A stretch of DNA of 64,000 bases from assembly GCA_002269645.1 (NCBI GenBank), contig NIVC01000672.1, positions 124,001 to 188,000 of the forward strand. Direction: 5' to 3'. A program made the position numbers and the translations under genes. This document shows positions 47,228 to 55,550 of this stretch, in pieces (positions within the stretch are counted from its first letter, which is position 1; every line of letters begins with the position of its first letter). The stretch comes from Macrostomum lignano (taxonomy: Eukaryota). The notes under the pieces are model-generated. The model did no database searches, was not told where the DNA came from, and saw only the letters and a program-made list of their open reading frames with translations.

Positions 47228-50200
47228 TCACTTCCTGCTCGGGTACGTTGGCGTCGTTCGGCTCTGCCTCATCCTCTTCGTCCTGCTCCTCGTCGTACCG
47301 CGACTCATCGTCGTGCTCTTCTTCGTCATCGTCTGCTTCTCGACGCTCAGGTCCGGGCTCACAGTCTTCGGCCAGATTTCGGGTGTCCGGTGGAGCGTGA
47401 TCTCTTGGATCTTGAAACCGCAGCTGAAGATCTTCAAACTCTTCATCTTCCTGCTCGGATTCCTGGTCCTGCGGCCCTCGCGCTGCGGTCCACCTCTGGG
47501 TCTCGCCCCGTTGCACTCTCTGCCTTCGGCTTCGTCCAGCAGCGGAATTATCACGTCGCGGCCTGGTTTTTCCCGAACTGGCCCTCCCAATTTCCTCTCT
47601 GTCTCTTGACCGTCTGCCGCCTCCGTCTGAACCTGAACCGGCCGGAGATTGTTGAAGTGCACCACCTTGGTCTTCTGCGGCTGTGTCGGATCCTGCACTC
47701 GGTACAACGCATCTGACAGCTTCTCCAGGACCTTCACTGGGCCGCGCCAGTTGATATGGAACTTGCTTTTCTCTCCCATCTCCAAGCACGGATAGTACAG
47801 CAAGACAGAGTCGCCCTTCTGAATCGCTTTGCCCTTCACTTTCCGATCGTAATTCATTTTCTGCCGTCGCTGAACCGTCTCGCGTCCTTCTCGAATGCGT
47901 TCATGGGCATGAAGCAGGTTCTGCTTGATCTCTTGCACAAACAAGGGACAGCTGTCCGTCTTTCGCCTAAGGTCCTCTGGTTCGAATCCCAGTGGCATCT
48001 CCTGACCATGCAGCATGTAGTAGGGCGTGTAACCGGTGGACGCCTGGACCGTCGATCGATAAGCCATCAATGCACTTGGCAGGTACTCCTCCCAGGCGTT
48101 CTGACCCTTCTGTACCAGATACGTGCGCAAACTGTTCTTCAGGAACCCATTAAATCGTTCCACCTGTCCGTTGCCACTCGGGTGGTAGGCGCTCGTCCTG
48201 GTCTTCTTCACACCCAACAGCTCGCACAGCTTCCTGACGATCCCCGACTCAAAGTTCCTTCCTTGGTCTGAGTGAAGTACCCGGGGGCACCCGTGATTGG
48301 CAATCCAGCGTTCGAATAGCACCCTTGCGATCGTTGCCGCCTTCTGGTTCCGGATGGCATAAGCGTCAGGCCACTTTGAGAACGCATCTTGCACCGTGAG
48401 GATGTAGAAGTTTCCTTTCTTGCTCCGTGGCAGCGGCCCGATGACGTCCGTCATCACGATATCGAATGGGCTTGAACTCGGAATCGGCTCCATCGGTGCA
48501 ATTGGTTTCTTGCCAGCTTTGGCCTTGGTGCAGTCCAAACAGGCTTTTACGTGCTCTTCGACCTCGCGGCCAAGTCCCGGCCTCCAAAACGATTGCCGCA
48601 CCTTCTCCTTGGTCTTGAAAATCCCAACGTGCCCTCCACTCCGTCCACCATGAGCTTCTTCCAGCACCGCTCTCAGCATATTCCGTGGCAACACCACTTG
48701 CGGCTGACGTCTACTGGCCGTATGACACAGCAACACCTCACTGTCCGACACCTCAAGGTCACGACGTCTTTCGACAATCCTCCTTGCCGTCGGTGATATG
48801 CGCCGCAAATGCTCTTCGGTTATCTCTCCGTCGCTGTGAGCCAGCAGCTCCATCGCCTGACGAATGTCGCTGTCCATCTTCTGGCTCTCTCTGATCTCCT
48901 CCGAGGTCCACTTCTGCAATCCCAACGCGTTCACGCCGATCTGCTCTTGTGCACATCCAGGACAACTCTCGCTTCCTTGATGGCGCCGACGTGGCTTCCT
49001 GGAGAGAGCGTCCGCGTGTTGATGTTTCACTCCCGGACGATGTTCGATGCGATACCTGTACGGAGCCAAGAGTTCCAGCCATCTGGCCAGTTGTCCTTCT
49101 ACGTCCCGCAGCGAATGCAGCCACTTCAAGCTGCTGTGATCGGTGCGCACTAGAAACTCTCGCCCCATCAGGTAATAACGAAACTTCTGTACGAAAAACA
49201 CCACGGCCAGCAACTCGACTCGTGTCGTGCAGTAATTCCGTTCTTCTCGCGACAACGTCCTGCTTCCGTAAGCTATTACCTTCTCACTCCCATCTTTCTG
49301 CACCTGCGAAAGCACAGCGCCAATTCCTTCTTTTGTGCTACCGTCTGTGTCTAAAACGAATTCTCCAGCGTCCTCCGCAAAGTTTGGAAACGCCATGACC
49401 TCAGATCCCTGCAACCTTTCCTTCAGGGCCTCGAATGCGGCTTGACACTCCTCATCCCAGCTCCACGGGCAATCATGTCGGGTCCGTCGCAGCATCGGCT
49501 CAGCAATGCGGGAAAAATCTGCGATGAATTGCCGGTAATACCCGCACAGTCCCAGGAATGACCTTACTTCCTTCACATTCCTCGGAGTTGGCCAGTCACG
49601 AATTTCGGCAATCTTTTCTGGACTCGTGGCGATCCCATCAGCTGACACTACGTGTCCCAGGAAGGTCACTGACTTCAGCAGGAATGCGCACTTCTTCGGC
49701 TTCAGTTTGATGTTCGCTGCTCGCAACCGTCGAAAAACCGTTTGCAACCGTTCCAGGTGCTCTTCTACCGTTCGTGACCACACTAGCAGGTCGTCCAGAT
49801 ACACCAAACACGTCTTCCAGCACAACTTCCCCAACACCACATTCATTAGCCGGCTGAATGAAGCCGGTGCATTTGTCAATCCAAATGGCATAACGTTCCA
49901 GGCGTACTGCTGTACCCGGTGTGAAACGCCAAAGGCCGTCTTCAGTCTGTCGCTGGGTTCCACCGCCATCTGCCAGTATCCCGACTGCATGTCCATGGTC
50001 GAAAAAATCTTGGCACCGCCTAGGCTCTCCAACAGGTCATCTGTCCTGGGCAACGGCACTGCATCCTTCTTGGTCACTTCATTCAGTTTCCGGTAGTCAC
50101 AACAGAACCTCAGGGAACCGTCCTTCTTTTTCACGCACACCACCGGAGAGCACCATGGGGACTGAACCTCGCTGATTCTCCCAGCTTCCAGCAAGTCATC

Positions 50201-50299
50201 CAACTCCTTGTCCACTTCCTGCCGCAGGTAAGGGGGAATCCGCCTCGCCGCCTCTTTCACAGGCCTGGCATCTCCAGTGTCGATCTCGTGCTTCATCAC
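47228..50299 (-). CDS. pol: Pol: reverse transcriptase, RNase H, integrase
   Basis: SLRFCCDYRKLN, DMQSGYWQ, MPFGLTNAPASF, YLDD (RT); LDTDG, ELLAV (RNase H); H..H..CxxC, DVIGP, HSDQGRNFES, GQVER (integrase); RGPVKV..VHFNNL (GPY/F-like). The true C-terminus is probably in the 47145 frame. Confidence 0.97.
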   Translation of the reverse strand: MMKHEIDTGDARPVKEAARRIPPYLRQEVDKELDDLLEAGRISEVQSPWCSPVVCVKKKDGSLRFCCDYRKLNEVTKKDAVPLPRTDDLLESLGGAKIFSTMDMQSGYWQMAVEPSDRLKTAFGVSHRVQQYAWNVMPFGLTNAPASFSRLMNVVLGKLCWKTCLVYLDDLLVWSRTVEEHLERLQTVFRRLRAANIKLKPKKCAFLLKSVTFLGHVVSADGIATSPEKIAEIRDWPTPRNVKEVRSFLGLCGYYRQFIADFSRIAEPMLRRTRHDCPWSWDEECQAAFEALKERLQGSEVMAFPNFAEDAGEFVLDTDGSTKEGIGAVLSQVQKDGSEKVIAYGSRTLSREERNYCTTRVELLAVVFFVQKFRYYLMGREFLVRTDHSSLKWLHSLRDVEGQLARWLELLAPYRYRIEHRPGVKHQHADALSRKPRRRHQGSESCPGCAQEQIGVNALGLQKWTSEEIRESQKMDSDIRQAMELLAHSDGEITEEHLRRISPTARRIVERRRDLEVSDSEVLLCHTASRRQPQVVLPRNMLRAVLEEAHGGRSGGHVGIFKTKEKVRQSFWRPGLGREVEEHVKACLDCTKAKAGKKPIAPMEPIPSSSPFDIVMTDVIGPLPRSKKGNFYILTVQDAFSKWPDAYAIRNQKAATIARVLFERWIANHGCPRVLHSDQGRNFESGIVRKLCELLGVKKTRTSAYHPSGNGQVERFNGFLKNSLRTYLVQKGQNAWEEYLPSALMAYRSTVQASTGYTPYYMLHGQEMPLGFEPEDLRRKTDSCPLFVQEIKQNLLHAHERIREGRETVQRRQKMNYDRKVKGKAIQKGDSVLLYYPCLEMGEKSKFHINWRGPVKVLEKLSDALYRVQDPTQPQKTKVVHFNNLRPVQVQTEAADGQETERKLGGPVREKPGRDVIIPLLDEAEGRECNGARPRGGPQREGRRTRNPSRKMKSLKIFSCGFKIQEITLHRTPEIWPKTVSPDLSVEKQTMTKKSTTMSRGTTRSRTKRMRQSRTTPTYPSRK

Positions 50300-51351
50300 C
50301 GTCGTACGCCGAGATCCTTGGAGTCCTTAGCAAAGACAGCCCGATGTTGGGAAATCAGCTCCCTGAAGTCGGCTTCCTCCTCCTCCGACAGGCCACACGA
50401 ACCCCACTCGCGGAATTCTTCGATCGGGTCCCATGCCTCCGCTTCATTCTTGGCCTCTACGTCGTCGTCCAAGCGCACCACGTTGATACCTCCGTTCGGT
50501 TCCAAAGGAATAAACCAGCCAATCGTCTCTCCTTTCTTGACCCTCTTCCTACAACTGGACGTATTCAGCAATCTCATCGGCAGCCGTCCATCCACGCCGG
50601 GCGCTACCAGAGCTCGAGCCAGCGCCAAATCCTTCTCAGCGGCCTTCACCGGCTTTTCTTCCGTTATGCCGACCGATCCGCAGTTTCTTGCGCCCTTTTT
50701 CTCTACCCTGGCTGGCATGATCACTTCTTGCGCCGGTTCCAGAAATACCGTTGTCTCGGCTTTGATTCGACACACCACGGGCAGCTCGCCTTTCTGCCGT
50801 ATCGGAACTCTAACATCGCCCACTCGAAAGACAAACTCTGAATAGTTGATGACGCAACGATGCTGTTTGAAAAATTCGGACCCGAGAATGACATCATAAC
50901 GTAATCCGTCCACTACGAAGAAATTCGCTGACCACCGCTCGCCGCCAATCTCCACGTCCAGCACAATGCAGCCTCTCATCCTCATCGCACCTCCATTGGC
51001 CGTTGAAAGGGAACCGTCCATTGCAGTCAGTCTCTCCCTCACCTCTTGCGGCAGCCTCAGGAAAACATCACAGCTCAGCACTGACACACTCGCACCACTG
51101 TCTAACAGCAGAGCCACTGGCTTGCCGGAAACCGCACCGGAAATAAAAACTGTCAGAGGCTCCGTTGATACCGACGAACACGCCTCATGAACCAGGTTGC
51201 TCTTTGAATTCCCATCACCAGAGACGCACTTGGATTTATTTACAGAGTTAGTGAGCAACCCCGGTTCCTCGCTCCTGGGAGACTTCACTTCCTGGCAGGG
51301 TCCCGACTCTCCCCGGTCGGTCCCCTCGGCCCGTTTCCCGACTTCGGACAC
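50296..51351 (-). CDS. pol: Pol, N-terminal part: aspartic protease (in the -1 frame relative to gag)
   Basis: LLLDSGASVSVL active-site motif; YDVILGSEFF; ends FAKDSKDLG, which normally runs straight into RT. Confidence 0.92.
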   Translation of the reverse strand: MSEVGKRAEGTDRGESGPCQEVKSPRSEEPGLLTNSVNKSKCVSGDGNSKSNLVHEACSSVSTEPLTVFISGAVSGKPVALLLDSGASVSVLSCDVFLRLPQEVRERLTAMDGSLSTANGGAMRMRGCIVLDVEIGGERWSANFFVVDGLRYDVILGSEFFKQHRCVINYSEFVFRVGDVRVPIRQKGELPVVCRIKAETTVFLEPAQEVIMPARVEKKGARNCGSVGITEEKPVKAAEKDLALARALVAPGVDGRLPMRLLNTSSCRKRVKKGETIGWFIPLEPNGGINVVRLDDDVEAKNEAEAWDPIEEFREWGSCGLSEEEEADFRELISQHRAVFAKDSKDLGVRR

Positions 51352-52385
51352 TTGAAGGATAGGTGGCCTTCACCGTTGCACTTGTGACATCGTACTGGCG
51401 ATTTCCCGTTTTCACTCTTCTGACTGGTCTTCTTCGGACACTTTGATGAGATATGGCCCCACTCTCGACACGAAAAACACTGCACAGCCTTCCGACTCGC
51501 CGGGGTCGGCTCTGCCGCTTCTTCAGACCTCCGCTCCTCCATCTCTTTCATTCGCATCTCCATGGCCGCCAGCTGTTTTCGAAGCATCTCGACCTCACTG
51601 CTTTCGGAAGCCTCCTTTCTGGTCTCGGTCGTAACAGCACAAACGGTTCTTTTCGATACCTGACCTGGTGGACCATGACTTGCCCTAACCGCCGCTTCCA
51701 GCTGATGCACCAGACGCATTGCGTCCGCTAACGTCTCCGGCTGGCTCATGTACAGTCGCTCCCGCACAGCCACCCCCGCACGGACGCCTCGCATAAATCG
51801 CTCTTTCGCAAGATCATCGCGCACATCGGCAGGCGCATCAGGAAAGGCGTTTGCGACCAACTCAATCACAGCTTCAGAGAAATCTTCTACCGACTCCTTC
51901 TCACTCTGCTCTCTATTGCTCAGTTCTGTGCGGTAGTCGACGACGGTACGGTGCATAGTGAACCTATCCCTCAAGGCCTGGGTAAATTCTTCGAACTGCA
52001 AGTCGTCCCCAAGGTTCATGTTGTCAACAACTTGGAAGGTGCTGAAGTCTAGGTTGCTGAGCAACTGAGCGCGCCGATTCTGCATCGGAATCTGCATGGC
52101 ATCGCAATAAGCTACGAAGAGCCTCAACCACTTCACGAAATTCATTCCTGGAGCATACTTCACCGGCCTCTGAATCCTGAGGGCACCCGCTTGCTGCATG
52201 TTCTGCTGAATCTGGGCAGTCAAGGCGGCGACCAGATCATTAACACCAAAGGCTCCAGCAGCACCTCCAGCAGCACCTCCAGCCGCACCTCCAGCCGCAC
52301 CTCCAGCCGCACCTCCAGCCGCACCTCCAGCCGCACCTCCAGCCGCACCTCCAGCAGCACCTCCAGCAGCACCTCCAGCATCCAT
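51285..52385 (-). CDS. gag: Gag with N-terminal (GGAA)10 repeat and two CCHC zinc knuckles
   Basis: CFSCREWGHISSKC and CHKCNGEGHLSFKC; QSEKESVEDFS capsid-like motif; ATG ~90 nt after the PBS. Confidence 0.93.
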   Translation of the reverse strand: MDAGGAAGGAAGGAAGGAAGGAAGGAAGGAAGGAAGGAAGGAAGAFGVNDLVAALTAQIQQNMQQAGALRIQRPVKYAPGMNFVKWLRLFVAYCDAMQIPMQNRRAQLLSNLDFSTFQVVDNMNLGDDLQFEEFTQALRDRFTMHRTVVDYRTELSNREQSEKESVEDFSEAVIELVANAFPDAPADVRDDLAKERFMRGVRAGVAVRERLYMSQPETLADAMRLVHQLEAAVRASHGPPGQVSKRTVCAVTTETRKEASESSEVEMLRKQLAAMEMRMKEMEERRSEEAAEPTPASRKAVQCFSCREWGHISSKCPKKTSQKSENGKSPVRCHKCNGEGHLSFKCPKSGNGPRGPTGESRDPARK

Positions 52386-52472
52386 ACCACGGCGTCACAG
52401 TTTCTAACCTTAATTTCTCACAATATTCCGCGCCTCGAGCTTTCTTCCTTGCTTAGTCTTCCACAGCGCAGG

Positions 52473-52490
52473 GTCCCACCAAGGATGCCA
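52473..52490 (-). promoter_or_regulatory. Primer binding site (TGGCATCCTTGGTGGGAC), possibly tRNA-Arg
   Basis: Starts with TGG 3 nt inside the 5' LTR. Its complement GTCCCACCAAGGATG-CCA resembles a tRNA 3' end; the Arg assignment is inference. Confidence 0.85.
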
Positions 52491-52493
52491 ATT

Positions 52494-53328
52494 TGTGATG
52501 ATGGGGCCCAAGGGCTCGGTCCTTTCGTGCCCCTTTCCCAGACCCGGGTTCGTGTACTGACCCTGGCTGCGGTCCTCCACTGACACGCGTACGACGCGGT
52601 GTCCGTCGGGACTAGGCTGCTCGAGCGTACGACGCACGACAGCCTACAGACTCGCGTACGACGCAGAGCTGCTTGGGGTGGGACCGGCGTACGACGCACT
52701 TAATCCCTCTAAGGTGCCTAGTACAGATGCAGACCCAAATGACGTACAAATTGGAAGGCTTACCAGCCGCGATTTCAGTCGTACAAGAAACAGCGCCGTC
52801 AGAGCAGTGGTGATCTCGATATTCTTTACTTATATATTTGTCTAGCAATTCTGCGAGGAATAGCAATTCAGCAACCAACGCTGGCACAATCGCCGAGGAG
52901 CCACGAAGACGACGAGAATGGGGTCTCAAGGGGGCCGAATAAATAGGCAGCAAACTGGGGGTCGAGGGCGCGGGATAAAGGCAGAAAAGGGGGCTTAGAC
53001 ATCAGCCAAGGCAACGCATGAGCTGTACCAGCCAATCGCCGGGGCGCAGCACGGCAGACTGGGACTGGCAGCCAATCACAAACAGGGGCGGGGCAGCAAA
53101 GCTAACAAAATAATGGGGCGGGGTCGCACAGGGGGGGGGGTCGCACGCAGAGCATGGGGGGGGTTTGACTCAACAGAAAAGGTCTAGGCAGGGAGGGGAG
53201 GGGTACGCACGCGCAGAAGTGCAGGTGGGTGAGTCAGAAAATATCTAAGGAGGGGGGAGAGGACGGCCGACTGGCCCGGCGTAGCAAAGTAGCAAAGTAC
53301 ACACAGTCATAATAACACATTCATGACA
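52494..53328 (-). repeat. 5' LTR (835 bp)
   Basis: Followed on the minus strand by the PBS and gag. Confidence 0.97.
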
Positions 53329-53664
53329 AAGCAGACAGCAAGATGGGTCGATAAGCGAGGCTGAGACACGCGAATCTGAATGGCAAACCGCAGAGCAGGG
53401 CTGGATTCAGATGAAATTAGCTGGACCGATAAATGAGTCATTGTGTTGTCTCGCTCCGCCCGACTTCCCCTATCCTGTTGTCTGCCGCGGCATCAAAGCA
53501 CAGAGCGTACTTTCTAATTCTCACTCTTTTAACAGCCGGTGCCTGGGTGCTTGAACTGGGGCTCAGCAGTCGCAAAAACCGGCTGCCAAACAAAAGGCTT
53601 TAAAGGGCGTTTCCTGCCTCAGCCTGTCGTGTCTGGCTTGTCAGCTGCTTTCTGGCGGCAGGTG

Positions 53665-54242
53665 CCAGTGAACAGCGGGGGGCTGGCACAGAAATCAGCG
53701 GACACTGAGGCGGCAGCGTGCCAGTGAACAGCGGGGGGCTGGCACAGAAATCAGCGGACACTGAGGCGGCAGTGAACAGCGGGGGGCTGGCACAGAAATC
53801 AGCGGACACTGAGGCGGCAGGTGCCAGTGAACAGCGGGGGGCTGGCACAGAAATCAGCGGACACTGAGGCGGCAGTGAATAGCGGGGGGCTGGCACAGAA
53901 ATCAGCGGACACTGAGGCGGCAGGTGCCAGTGAACAGCGGGGGGCTGGCACAGAAATCAGCGGACACTGAGGCGGCAGTGAATAGCGGGGGGCTGGCACA
54001 GAAATCAGCGGACACTGAGGCGGCATGTGCCAGTGAACAGCGGGGGGCTGGCACAGAAATCAGCGGACACTGAGGCGGCATGTGCCAGTGAACAGCGGGG
54101 GGCTGGCACAGAAATCAGCGGACACTGAGGCGGCAGGTGCCAGTGAACAGCGGGGGGCTGGCACAGAAATCAGCGGACACTGAGGCGGCAGTGAATAGCG
54201 GGGGGCTGGCACAGAAATCAGCGGACACTGAGGCGCCAGTGA
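53665..54242. repeat. 48/55-bp minisatellite (GTGAACAGCGGGGGGCTGGCACAGAAATCAGCGGACACTGAGGCGGCA)
   Basis: Direct reading, ~11 copies. Confidence 0.95.
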
Positions 54243-54879
54243 AGTGTTTAATCTCTATTGCTTTGTAACGTAGCTGCTGTGCAGCGAAAACGTCTGATTT
54301 GCAAGTTTATTTAAATAATAAATCGGTCGGGAATTTGAACGATAAGCAAAAATGAACTTGCAAGAGCAGCGCTGTGCTCAAGAAAATGAAAGCTAAAAAC
54401 TGGGCCGCATGAGTAGCCTCATGTGAAATGAAATGCCTGGGGCGAACTTGCAGTAATGCGGGGTGCGCGTCAGTACCTGTGAGTTGCTCTGCCGGGGGCC
54501 GCTGAAGGATAGATAGAATTGCTGGACTCAAAAAAAGCATTGCTCACGAAGGAAGGCTTGCATAAACCAGTAGTGAGCCCGGAGGCTCAAGTTAAAAGTG
54601 TCATTGGCCATGGACATACTGGTACTGAAACGAGTCAAGATTCAGTGCTATGCATAATCAACAAAGGAGCGCATCAGATGAGGCTCCGAGAAGCTGCTGG
54701 AATCCTGCGGAGGGTCAGGAAATATCGCGTCAAGACTGAATGGCTAAGGATCAAGTCCAACAGGCTCATTGAATGGCCTAAACTCACTAATTAGCGAAGC
54801 CTTCACCTGTGCAACAGCAGCGCCGGCTCACATTTTTTTAACACTTGTGGTTTTGGTTATCTTTTAGAATTGCGTCTTT

Positions 54880-55215
54880 TGTGGTTTTAGTTGTGTCCTT
54901 TGGGGTTGCAGCTGTGTCTATTGTGGTTTGTGGTTGTGTCTTGTGGTTACAGTTGTGTCCTTTGTGGTTTGTGGTCTGTGTCTATTGTGGTTGTGGTTGT
55001 GTCTTTGTGGTTGCAGCTGTGTCTATTGTGGTTGCAGCTGTGTCTATTGTGGTTGCGGTTGTGTCTTGTGGTTACAGTTGTGTCCTTTGTGGTTTGTGGT
55101 CTGTGTCTATTGTGGTTGTGGTTGTGTCTTTGTGGTTGCAGCTGTGTCTATTGTGGTTGCGGTTGTGTCTTGTGGTTACAGTTGTGTCCTTTGTGGTTTG
55201 TGGTCTGTGTCTTTT
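54880..55215. repeat. GT-rich compound minisatellite (TTGTGGTTGCAGCTGTGTCTA-like)
   Basis: Direct reading. Confidence 0.85.
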
Positions 55216-55550
55216 GTTACAATGCTACAGACAAAGCGCTTCAAACCGACTAATAAATCTCCTCATTGGGCAGCCTCATAAACCGCTGTGAGACTCAGCA
55301 CGGGTCAGAGTCGCCAGTGCGCTGCTGCGCTGCACAGGTGCGACAGAAAGACAGATTAAAAATATCTCAGGCATGGGAAACGACAGACTGAGAGACAGTG
55401 TGGAAACTAATGGAGAGGAGTTAATCTAATGGCGCTGCTCAAGCCGCAGCTACAGTTGAGTCCGCCTTGCGGTAAGAATATCATAAATAAAAATATGAGT
55501 TGGGGCTGGCCGGCTGCTCAGCCGCGCATTGGGAGGCAGTTGTTGCTCAC

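Larger units (their letters stand above)
44655..53328 (-). mobile_element. Full-length Ty3/Gypsy LTR retrotransposon (8674 bp) with an extra J-domain/chromodomain ORF
   Basis: Two LTRs bounded by TGT...ACA; 4-bp TSD AAGC (44651-44654, 53329-53332); PBS; PPT; gag, PR, RT-RH-IN order. Confidence 0.98.

Noticed and set aside
47070-52583. Plus-strand ORFs antisense to gag/pol
   Set aside because: Shadow ORFs of GC-rich coding sequence with no recognisable motifs.
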